Virus record (IMG/VR): IMGVR_UViG_3300016476_000523
Span: 55,588 to 75,587 of that record
Direction: 5' to 3' (one strand)
Length of the DNA: 20,000 nt
DNA from: an uncultured virus (IMG/VR IMGVR_UViG_3300016476_000523)
Lineage: Duplodnaviria; Heunggongvirae; Uroviricota; Caudoviricetes
The notes under the pieces are model-generated. The model had not been told where the DNA came from. It ran no database searches and saw only the letters and a list, made by a program, of their open reading frames with translations. How positions within the stretch are numbered: the stretch's first letter is position 1; every line of letters starts with the position of its first letter. Below are positions 1-7,896 of the stretch, one piece after another. Position numbers and translations under genes: made by a program.

Positions 1-1
1 A

Positions 2-436
2 GATGCTAATACCAAACTAACATTAACTGCTACTGGTAACTTAGGTTTAGGTACCACGACTCCTGTTTACAAACTAGAAGTTAACGGTTCATTCGCTGCA
101 ACTACTAAGTCATTCGTAATTGATCATCCAACTAAGCCTGGTATGAAACTAAGATATGGTAGCTTAGAAGGACCAGAGAATGGTGTTTACATCAGAGGAA
201 GATTAACAAATAGCAATATAATAGAATTACCTGATTATTGGAGTAAGCTAATCGATCCTGAATCCATTACAATACAACTTACACCTATAGGCTTACATCA
301 AAAACTATTTGTAGAATCAGTGTCAGTAGATAAAGTAATAGTTGGAAATGAAAACTTATTTAATAAAACAGTTGATTGTTACTTTATCATATTCGCAGAA
401 AGAAATGATGTAGACAAATTACAAGTGGAGATATAA
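2..436 (+). CDS. C-terminal part of a phage tail fibre/virion protein (5'-truncated by the window edge)
   Basis: The frame of ORF 143..436 is open back to base 2 (DANTKLTLTATGNLGLGTTTPVYKLEVNGSFAATTKSFVIDHPTKPGMKLRYGSLEGPE...), so ATG143 is an internal Met. GNLGLGTTTP..KLEVNG followed by KSFVIDHP..LEGPE is a typical phage fibre C-terminus. Stop TAA at 434-436. Confidence 0.75.
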   Translation, partial: DANTKLTLTATGNLGLGTTTPVYKLEVNGSFAATTKSFVIDHPTKPGMKLRYGSLEGPENGVYIRGRLTNSNIIELPDYWSKLIDPESITIQLTPIGLHQKLFVESVSVDKVIVGNENLFNKTVDCYFIIFAERNDVDKLQVEI

Positions 437-1141
437 GTGGCAGTTGCATACAATCCTAAAATAGTTACTGATGGATTATCATTTTTTATTGATCCTGCAA
501 ATCCTAAAAGTTATCCAGGTTCAGGAACAACAATAAACAAATTAGTTAACATTAGTCCAACTGCAACAGCAAGTATGGTAAATGGTGTAACTTATTCTAC
601 TGATAATAAAGGTATAATGACCTTTAATGGTACAACACAGTATATAAGATCGGATGATAGAAATTTAGGAGCAGGTTTATATCCCTTCTCATCAGGTGGA
701 TGGTTCAGAACAGAAAAATCTGATGGCACATCTCAAGCACTTGTTATAAACTTGAACATAGGAAGTAGTAGTGTTTATTGGGCGTTGTTTATTGCAAACT
801 CAGGAATATTATCTATTTCCAGAAGAAACACGACAACATACACTGATGCATCTACATACACTCCTGTGATAGGTGAATGGTTTTACGCACACGCTAATTT
901 TCCTAGCACTACTACTGCGGAGATATATGTCAACGGAGAATTAGATACTGCATTTACTGGACTTACGGCAGTAACATCATCTACTGGTGCGAATGATGTA
1001 TTGATCGGTTTATTACGCACATCGAGTCCTACTTGGTATCTGGACGGCAGTTGTGGCCCGGTAATGATTTACTCTAAATCACTATCAGCAGCAGAAGTAA
1101 AACAAAACTACTTAGCAACTAAAGGGAGGTACGGTTTATAA
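437..1141 (+). CDS. LamG/concanavalin A-like lectin domain virion protein (Laminin_G_3-like)
   Basis: GTG start with GGAG at 427-430. Motifs IVTDGL.F.ID.ANPKSYPGSG, GEWFY, IYVNGEL and VMIYSKSLSAAEVKQNY are typical of phage LamG proteins. Confidence 0.8.
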   Translation: MAVAYNPKIVTDGLSFFIDPANPKSYPGSGTTINKLVNISPTATASMVNGVTYSTDNKGIMTFNGTTQYIRSDDRNLGAGLYPFSSGGWFRTEKSDGTSQALVINLNIGSSSVYWALFIANSGILSISRRNTTTYTDASTYTPVIGEWFYAHANFPSTTTAEIYVNGELDTAFTGLTAVTSSTGANDVLIGLLRTSSPTWYLDGSCGPVMIYSKSLSAAEVKQNYLATKGRYGL

Positions 1142-1836
1142 TGGCATTATTTCACTCTCCTAAAGTAGTTACTGATGGACTAGTATTATATCTAGACGCA
1201 GCAAATCAAAAGAGTTATCCAGGTTCAGGTACTGATTGGTTTGATTTAACTAATAATTCTAATTTTATTATATCAGGACCCGATTTCGTATCAACTAATC
1301 CAGCGCATTTTAGTTTTTCTGATAATCAAGTAGATCAAGTGTATAACTCATCCTTTACTGGGTTTGGCGGCTTAAGCCAACTGACATGTTCAGTGTGGGT
1401 AAGATTAGACAGTGTTGCAATAGGTTGTGCCATAATATCATACGCCGTAACTGGATCAGACAACGAATATCTAATGTTCTACGAAGGATCCGCGTCACCT
1501 AAGAGATTCCATCTATGGTTCGACGCCACGCAACTTTTCGTAAACCAAACTCTTTCTGCTAATACTTGGTATAACTTTACTAATGTAATTAACGCAACAC
1601 AAAACATCTTGTATATAAACTCAACCGCAGTAAGTACACAAACTAAAACAGGAACTTCATTAATAGGCAATGGATACTGCGTATTAGGTCAAGAACAAGA
1701 TTCAGTTGGTGGAGGATTTGCCACAGACCAAGAGTTGGTGGGAGATATAGGACAGCTTATGCTTTATAACCGAGCACTATCAGCACAAGAAGTAACACAA
1801 AATTATCTAGCAACTAAAAGCAGGTATGGATTGTAA
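1141..1836 (+). CDS. LamG/pentraxin-like lectin domain virion protein, paralogue of the preceding gene
   Basis: TAATG overlap with the upstream stop. Same N- and C-terminal motifs as 437..1141. The core has SYAVTGSDNE and LGQEQDSVGGGFATDQELVGDIG, which resemble pentraxin Ca2+-binding segments. Confidence 0.8.
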   Translation: MALFHSPKVVTDGLVLYLDAANQKSYPGSGTDWFDLTNNSNFIISGPDFVSTNPAHFSFSDNQVDQVYNSSFTGFGGLSQLTCSVWVRLDSVAIGCAIISYAVTGSDNEYLMFYEGSASPKRFHLWFDATQLFVNQTLSANTWYNFTNVINATQNILYINSTAVSTQTKTGTSLIGNGYCVLGQEQDSVGGGFATDQELVGDIGQLMLYNRALSAQEVTQNYLATKSRYGL

Positions 1837-1842
1837 TAAATA
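1835..1842 (+). promoter_or_regulatory. Putative T4-like late promoter (AATAAATA)
   Basis: 7/8 match to the T4 late consensus TATAAATA, overlapping the stop of the previous gene and ending 26 nt upstream of the fibre ATG (1869). Confidence 0.5.
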
Positions 1843-1868
1843 GAGTATCATAAGGTAATACGTAAAAA

Positions 1869-4800
1869 ATGGCCAATACAGATAAAAACATTATAATAAC
1901 TCCTAACGTAGGACAAACAAATGATCCTAAGATAGAGTTTTCTGGTGCAAATGCCTCAGTAGGCGCACAAACAGTAACTCTTAATGTTTATCCTGATAAT
2001 AACGGTACGTTATCATGGGAAGGATCTGCTGGCCAGTTGTTTTCGATTACCAATGACTTGACTGGTACTATATTTTCTGTAAATGATGTATCGGGTATAC
2101 CTAGTCTAGAAATAAATGCTGATGGCAATATATCGATGGCTGAATTTAGTGGAAACGTTACTATAGGTAATGGTTCTCCCAACGCATTAGTCTTATTCGA
2201 TAGCTCAATACAAGTAGTTGCTACTGCGAATCTAGGTGATGTTTCTAATGTTAAAATTGGTGGCGGTACTTCAGGATACGTAGTAAGCACTGATGGTACG
2301 GGCAACTTGTCTTGGATACCATCTACATCAGGCCCGCAAGGTGAATCTGGTTATTCTGGTATTAGTGGATACTCTGGCTACTCAGGCACGAGTGGTTTCT
2401 CAGGTATCAGTGGTTTCTCAGGCATTTCGGGTTTCAGTGGTTTCTCGGGAACAAGTGGATTTAGTGGTTTCTCCGGTAGATCAGGATTCTCGGGCATCAG
2501 TGGATATTCTGGCTACTCAGGCACTAGTGGTTTCTCAGGTATCTCTGGATTCAGCGGCATTAGTGGCTACTCAGGCACGAATGGAACTAATGGCACAAGT
2601 GGTTTCTCAGGTATCAGTGGTTTCTCAGGCACTAGTGGTTTCTCAGGTATCTCTGGATTCAGCGGCATTAGTGGCTACTCAGGCACGAATGGAACTAATG
2701 GCACAAGTGGTTTCTCAGGTATCAGTGGTTTCTCAGGCATTTCGGGTTTTAGTGGTATTTCAGGTAGATCAGGATTCAGCGGCATTAGTGGCTACTCAGG
2801 AACAAATGGGACTACCGGCACAAGTGGTTTCTCAGGCATTTCGGGTTTTAGTGGTATTTCAGGTTTTAGCGGCATCAGTGGATACTCAGGCAGAAGTGGT
2901 TTCTCGGGTACAAATGGAACCAATGGTACTAGCGGTTTCTCGGGTATTTCTGGTTATTCAGGTATTTCTGGATACTCCGGACTAACAGGAGCAACGGGCC
3001 CTGCAGGGCCCGGAAGTTCAGCAGCATTTTCTTACTGCAACACGGACAACATTACATCATGCGCTCTAACTGATCATACTGCTATAACAACTGCAACTGA
3101 TAACTTCTTTGCAGGCACATGTTCAGGTAGATCGATTACTACTGGATCATACAATAATTTCTTTGGTACTCAGACAGGTGCATGTACTACTGAAGGATCA
3201 AATAACTTCTTTGCTGGTCAATGCACAGGATTCAACAACACTACCGGTGAGTCGAACACATTTATAGGCTGTCAAGCAGGATTCTGTAATACAACTGGTC
3301 GTCGCAACTTCTTTGCTGGATTGTGTGCTGGATTTCAAAATAGCCTCGGATGTCATAATACTTTTATAGGAAGTCAGGCAGGTTTCTGTAATACTACTGC
3401 ATCATTTAACATCTTTGCCGGACTATGTGCTGGTTATTGTAATCAAACCGGTCAGCATAATACCTTTTTTGGATGTGAAGCAGGGTACAACAACTCAACC
3501 GGCAATTACAACATATTCATAGGACTCAAGGCTGGTTATTGCAATACCACCGGGTCTCAGAATATATTCATTGGCAGACTGTCAGGATGCCGTACTACTA
3601 CAGGCAGTGACAATTTATTTTTCGGACAATCAGCAGGTGAAAGAACTACTACTGGTACTAATAATTTGTTCTTTGGTAGACGTGCCGGATTATATAATAC
3701 TACTGGTTCTAATAACATATTTTTTGGTTCTTGTGCAGGTGAATGTAATACTACTGGAGCACATAACGTATTCATAGGAAGAGAAGCAGGATGTAAAAAC
3801 GAAACAGGTACCTATAATTTCTTTGCAGGTATGTGTGCTGGATATAACAATACTACCGGCGCAGATAATATTTTTATTGGAAGATTTTCTGGATTCTGCA
3901 ACACGATAGGTACTAACAATTTCTTTGCCGGATGGTGTGCTGGATACAAAAATACCACTGGGGTAAGTAATACATTTATCGGTAGCTGGACTGGAGGCAA
4001 TAATAGCACGGGTTCATGGAATAACTTCTTAGGTCAAGAATCTGGATTCTGTCATACTACTGGTTGCCATAACAATTTCTTTGGATATCGCGCAGGCTAT
4101 TCAAACACTACTGGGTCCAATAATATTTACATAGGTTGCCAAGCAGGATTTTGTAGTACAATAGGATCAGATAACTTCTTTGCAGGCGATTGTGCCGGCT
4201 ATAAAAATACTACTGGTAATAATAACGTATTTATAGGCGATAGAGCGGGATTCTGTAATACAACTGGCGTGAATAACATTTTTATAGGTTCAGAAACAGG
4301 ATATTGTGCTACCACAGGTGTTAATAACTTCTTTGCTGGATTCTGTACTGGTAGATTTACGACCACTGGCACAAATAACAGTTTCTTTGGATGCCTTGCA
4401 GGTTACTGTAATACCACTGGTGCTAGAAATTTCTTTGCTGGTCTGTGTGCTGGATACAAGAATACGACTGGTGTAAACAATATTTTTATTGGTGATCGTG
4501 CTGGTTTCTGTAACACAACTGGTACTGATAATATCTTTATGGGTTGTCTAACTGGCGGATGTAGTACCACTGGCTCTCACAATTTCTTTGCAGGTGAGTG
4601 TAGTGGTTTTAGAAACACAACCGGTAGTTATAATACTTTTATCGGCGAGGCAGCTGGTTCATGTAATACAACAGGGGCACATAATTTTTATGCAGGACTA
4701 TGTGCTGGATTCTGTAATAACGGAAGCAGTAACATCATGATAGGGTGTAGAGCTGGTAGACTTAGTACTGGCGGCACTCAGAATATTTTTATGGGCACTA

Positions 4801-5636
4801 CTGCTGGTACATGTAATACCACTGGTTCTTATAATAACTTCTTTGGAGCTGCTGCAGGATTTAATAATACTACTGGATCACACAACACCTTTTTTGGATG
4901 TTCGGCTGGAATTTGTAACACTACTGGTTCATACAATACATTTATTGGGAAAGGAGCTGGAGTATGTAACACTACTGGAGCACATGGTTTCTTTGCTGGA
5001 TTATGTGCTGGTTACTGTAACACTACTGGTACAAACAACATATTCTTTGGATGTAATGCGGGTATTGCCGTTACTACTGGCATAAACAATATTATCATAG
5101 GGTCAGTTGCGGGTTCTGCTGGTTTAAGTGACACAGTAATCTTAGCTGCTGGTACAACTGAAAGATTGAAAGTAGACGGTACTGGGTTATCAATCAACGG
5201 ATCTTCGTTTGGGGTAGCAATTACTGATGATACATCTACAAACGCAACTAGATATCCTACGTTTATTAGTGCGACTAGCGGTACTATAACTGCTGAAAAC
5301 GTATCATCTACGAAGTTAACATTTAATCCAAGCACTGGTGAATTATCTGCTACAAACTTTAACTCATTGTCAGATATAAATACTAAAACAAATATTAGTA
5401 CATTAACAGACTCTATCACTAAACTTAAGCAGTTGCGTGGTGTAGATTTTAATTGGAAAGAAGACAACAGAAAGAGTATGGGTGTTATCGCTCAGGAATT
5501 AGAACAAGTATTCCCTGAACTAGTAACAACTTTACCTAACGGAACTAAAACTGTTACTTATAGTGGTTTGTTTGCTGTATTGATAGAAGCAATTAAAGAA
5601 CAACAAAAAGAAATCGAAGAATTAAAAAAACGCTAA
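1869..5636 (+). CDS. Long tail fibre/adhesin: collagen-like Gly-X-Ser region, Cys-rich 17-aa solenoid repeats and a C-terminal intramolecular chaperone (peptidase S74-like)
   Basis: 1255 aa. Gly-X-Y tract at 2331-3014 and xCNTTGxxNxFxGxxAG repeats at about 3090-5115. The C-terminus SDINTKTNI...LRGVDFNWK...MGVIAQELEQVFPELV...LIEAIKEQQKEIEELK matches the S74 auto-cleaving chaperone plus coiled coil of trimeric phage fibres. AAGGT SD-like motif upstream. Confidence 0.85.
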   Translation: MANTDKNIIITPNVGQTNDPKIEFSGANASVGAQTVTLNVYPDNNGTLSWEGSAGQLFSITNDLTGTIFSVNDVSGIPSLEINADGNISMAEFSGNVTIGNGSPNALVLFDSSIQVVATANLGDVSNVKIGGGTSGYVVSTDGTGNLSWIPSTSGPQGESGYSGISGYSGYSGTSGFSGISGFSGISGFSGFSGTSGFSGFSGRSGFSGISGYSGYSGTSGFSGISGFSGISGYSGTNGTNGTSGFSGISGFSGTSGFSGISGFSGISGYSGTNGTNGTSGFSGISGFSGISGFSGISGRSGFSGISGYSGTNGTTGTSGFSGISGFSGISGFSGISGYSGRSGFSGTNGTNGTSGFSGISGYSGISGYSGLTGATGPAGPGSSAAFSYCNTDNITSCALTDHTAITTATDNFFAGTCSGRSITTGSYNNFFGTQTGACTTEGSNNFFAGQCTGFNNTTGESNTFIGCQAGFCNTTGRRNFFAGLCAGFQNSLGCHNTFIGSQAGFCNTTASFNIFAGLCAGYCNQTGQHNTFFGCEAGYNNSTGNYNIFIGLKAGYCNTTGSQNIFIGRLSGCRTTTGSDNLFFGQSAGERTTTGTNNLFFGRRAGLYNTTGSNNIFFGSCAGECNTTGAHNVFIGREAGCKNETGTYNFFAGMCAGYNNTTGADNIFIGRFSGFCNTIGTNNFFAGWCAGYKNTTGVSNTFIGSWTGGNNSTGSWNNFLGQESGFCHTTGCHNNFFGYRAGYSNTTGSNNIYIGCQAGFCSTIGSDNFFAGDCAGYKNTTGNNNVFIGDRAGFCNTTGVNNIFIGSETGYCATTGVNNFFAGFCTGRFTTTGTNNSFFGCLAGYCNTTGARNFFAGLCAGYKNTTGVNNIFIGDRAGFCNTTGTDNIFMGCLTGGCSTTGSHNFFAGECSGFRNTTGSYNTFIGEAAGSCNTTGAHNFYAGLCAGFCNNGSSNIMIGCRAGRLSTGGTQNIFMGTTAGTCNTTGSYNNFFGAAAGFNNTTGSHNTFFGCSAGICNTTGSYNTFIGKGAGVCNTTGAHGFFAGLCAGYCNTTGTNNIFFGCNAGIAVTTGINNIIIGSVAGSAGLSDTVILAAGTTERLKVDGTGLSINGSSFGVAITDDTSTNATRYPTFISATSGTITAENVSSTKLTFNPSTGELSATNFNSLSDINTKTNISTLTDSITKLKQLRGVDFNWKEDNRKSMGVIAQELEQVFPELVTTLPNGTKTVTYSGLFAVLIEAIKEQQKEIEELKKR
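2331..3014 (+). repeat. Collagen-like (Gly-X-Y)76 coding repeat with a 9-bp period
   Basis: Uninterrupted triplets from GPQ to GPG, mostly GFS, GIS, GYS, GTS and GTN. Hand count: 76 triplets, 63 with Ser at Y. Confidence 0.9.
2516..2739 (+). repeat. Exact 108-bp tandem duplication (about 2.07 copies) inside the collagen-like tract
   Basis: 2516-2623 is identical to 2624-2731, and the match continues to 2739. The unit encodes 36 aa (SGTSGFSGISGFSGISGYSGTNGTNGTSGFSGISGF). Confidence 0.9.
3090..5115 (+). repeat. About 40 degenerate 17-aa (51-bp) coding repeats, predicted beta-roll/beta-helix
   Basis: Units such as FCNTTGRRNFFAGLCAG and YKNTTGVNNIFIGDRAG. Hand count: 40 units, one internal unit of 16 aa, about 45 Cys. 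Confidence 0.85.
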
Positions 5637-5657
5637 TAGTTCAAAAGGAGAACGAAG

Positions 5658-7406
5658 ATGGCAATAAAAATAGCAGGAGATACTGTCATTGATGACAGTA
5701 AAAATTGGTTAGGTAATCCTATACCATCATTAGGTAGCGGAGGCGCTACAGTTACAGGTTCAGTAACACTTACTTCTTCTAGTGATGGCATGCAATCTGT
5801 CACTACAACCGCTTATGGACAGTCTGTGACATTACCTGACGCAACAACACTTTCCGAAGGAGTATCAGTATTTGCTATAGCAAATCGCGGATCATTTCCC
5901 TTATTAATAAAAAATAATTCTGGTACATTATTGGGCTACGTGCCTATTGCTAGCTATGTTCAGTGTAGTTTAGCAGACAAATCAACATCAGCTGGTGTAT
6001 GGGATTTGTTTGGGGAAACCCCATACGGACCGGATGCAGGAGGCACAATAACATTTGGTACTGGAAACAGTGTTGTTAATAGAGTGGTTGCTGTAACGCT
6101 TGATACTAATAGAGTGGTTCTATTAGCAGGCGGCCCGTCTGCGCTTCAGGCAATAGTATATGATTCAAGTACACAAACATTCGGGTCTTCTGCTCTAGTA
6201 AGAACAGCAAACGTAGAAAATAGGTTTAGTGCCATTAAGTCAGATACGGATAGAGTGTTAGTTTTTAGTTGTGACGCATCAAATGGGTCACAAGCGGTTG
6301 TACTATCTATAAGCGGTAGCTCAATCACAGTTAATACTCCAGTGTCATCGTCCTTAACAGGAGATTGTTCGTCTATAGGAGACGGATCAGTAAATGGAGC
6401 GAACATGGTTCAAATAGGAACTTCTTTTATTGTTTCATATAACGATTCAGTTAACGATCGAGGAAGAGTGAGAGCAATAACAATCAGTGGCACTACCCCA
6501 ACATTTGGAGGTGAAACCACGCCTAGTGCAACTAAAGCGTCATCCTTGCCGATCGTTTATGATGTTGATGGTTCGGTTTGTTTAGTTTTCTCCACTAACG
6601 GAACTACTATATATGTTACCCCGTATACGGTATCTGGAAGTACCATGACAGTGGGAACAGATGCGTCCATTGCATCCGATTCCGAACCATACTTAGTAAC
6701 TAGAGTAGGGAGTAGATGGGCAGTACTTTATAATTATCCAGGCGTTAATCAGTTTAGAGGTGCAATAGTGAGTGTTTCAAGCACAACTGCGTCAGTGAGT
6801 ACTGTCCAACTTGGATCTGTCGCAGCAGAGAATAGATTATGTATGAAAGTAAACGGTAGTAATGTAATTTGTGTTGCGGATACCGGCAGCGGTGGTAATG
6901 CATATTTAAATGTTTTGACTGATACTTCTGGTACCGCTTCAGCTGGTACAGGAATTACTCTCCCGATAGGAAGTGGTGGATCACAAATTGGTGCATATGG
7001 ATATGCGTCTGACGGTATTTATTATACAGCACCTGCAGCAAGTGATCGATTCACTAGTTTTAAACTAGGTAATTCAGGGGCACAGCCGACAGCTACTGCA
7101 CTAAACACATACGGTTATGTTAGTAGTAGTTTAGCTATTCCTGTTATAAACACACTAGGTAGTAATATGAGCACTGGTGTTACTGTATTATTATCTGGTC
7201 AAAATTCATATAGAATTACTAATCTTACTACTGTGTTTGATTCACTAGCCGGCTACTTAGTACCGTCTGTATATCAATGGCAAGAGGTAAACACCAACTC
7301 TACGGCGGTCGCATCAACGACTGAAAATCAGAAATGGGTTTGTAGGAACGCAAAGGGCACTCCCTCAGATAGAGTATATACATTCATAAGATACACGGCG
7401 GTATAA
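5658..7406 (+). CDS. Putative virion/tail-associated protein, Ser/Thr/Gly/Val-rich, possibly beta-propeller
   Basis: AAGGAG SD at 5645-5650. 582 aa. Recurrent blade-like motifs about 50-60 aa apart (LSISGSSITVNT, ITISGTTPTFGG, YTVSGSTMTVGT, VSVSSTTASVST). Lies directly after the fibre gene. Confidence 0.55.
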   Translation: MAIKIAGDTVIDDSKNWLGNPIPSLGSGGATVTGSVTLTSSSDGMQSVTTTAYGQSVTLPDATTLSEGVSVFAIANRGSFPLLIKNNSGTLLGYVPIASYVQCSLADKSTSAGVWDLFGETPYGPDAGGTITFGTGNSVVNRVVAVTLDTNRVVLLAGGPSALQAIVYDSSTQTFGSSALVRTANVENRFSAIKSDTDRVLVFSCDASNGSQAVVLSISGSSITVNTPVSSSLTGDCSSIGDGSVNGANMVQIGTSFIVSYNDSVNDRGRVRAITISGTTPTFGGETTPSATKASSLPIVYDVDGSVCLVFSTNGTTIYVTPYTVSGSTMTVGTDASIASDSEPYLVTRVGSRWAVLYNYPGVNQFRGAIVSVSSTTASVSTVQLGSVAAENRLCMKVNGSNVICVADTGSGGNAYLNVLTDTSGTASAGTGITLPIGSGGSQIGAYGYASDGIYYTAPAASDRFTSFKLGNSGAQPTATALNTYGYVSSSLAIPVINTLGSNMSTGVTVLLSGQNSYRITNLTTVFDSLAGYLVPSVYQWQEVNTNSTAVASTTENQKWVCRNAKGTPSDRVYTFIRYTAV

Positions 7407-7408
7407 TC

Positions 7409-7861
7409 ATGAAAAAACTAACAACAAATGTAGGCGTATTCGGTCCATTCTATTCAATTGAAGTTCTCGAAGACAGATACCACTGTGACAATGCTGATTT
7501 CCACTACACTGTGGTGGGAACAGGAGTAATCAGTGATGTGGAGGAAGGAGATTTCCCTCCACCATCCCCACCGGTGCGACCTCCTGAGGAAATTCAAGCA
7601 GAAGTAATCGCGGAAACTCAAAAGCGACTTGACGATTTCGCAAGAACGAGAAACTATGATGGTATTTTAAGTCTGTGTACTTATGCTACTTCTACTAATG
7701 TGAAATTTCAAACAGAAGGTCAATATGGAGTTGAAGCAAGAGACAATACTTGGGCAACACTATATGAAATTCTTGATGAAGTACAAAGTGGAACAAGACC
7801 TATGCCATCTAGTTACGCAGATATAGAATCAGAACTACCAGTACTATCGTGGCCTAATTAA
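7409..7861 (+). CDS. Putative tail fibre assembly/accessory protein
   Basis: 150 aa. Pro-rich linker (FPPPSPPVRPPE) followed by QKRLDDFARTRNYDGILSLCTYATS...ELPVLSWP, a pattern I associate with small proteins encoded right after phage fibre genes. Confidence 0.55.
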   Translation: MKKLTTNVGVFGPFYSIEVLEDRYHCDNADFHYTVVGTGVISDVEEGDFPPPSPPVRPPEEIQAEVIAETQKRLDDFARTRNYDGILSLCTYATSTNVKFQTEGQYGVEARDNTWATLYEILDEVQSGTRPMPSSYADIESELPVLSWPN

Positions 7862-7883
7862 TTCATCTCGACTTGGTTAGGCT

Positions 7884-7891
7884 ACTAAATA
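7884..7891 (+). promoter_or_regulatory. Putative late promoter (ACTAAATA) giving a near-leaderless transcript
   Basis: TAAATA at 7886-7891, in the intergenic gap, ends 5 nt before ATG7897. No SD is present. Confidence 0.45.
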
Positions 7892-7896
7892 TCAAT

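Noticed and set aside
143..436. 97-aa protein starting at ATG143
   Set aside because: The frame is open to the window start, so it is the tail of a longer gene.
437..1836. Diversity-generating retroelement target/template pair
   Set aside because: Similarity between the paralogues is short and not restricted to adenine positions, and there is no reverse transcriptase in the window.
2293..2985. 230-aa alternative-frame ORF overlapping the fibre gene
   Set aside because: It is a shadow of the stop-poor Gly-X-Ser repeat, coextensive with the tract, with no SD or recognisable domain.
2331..5115. Periodic DNA resembling a CRISPR or ncRNA array
   Set aside because: The periods (9, 51 and 108 bp) are codon multiples within one ORF, vary at synonymous sites and have no repeat-spacer structure. 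No cas genes are present.
5375..5382. Perfect TATAAATA inside the fibre gene
   Set aside because: It lies about 275 nt from the next start, within the coding sequence for the chaperone cleavage region, and is plausibly chance in AT-rich DNA.
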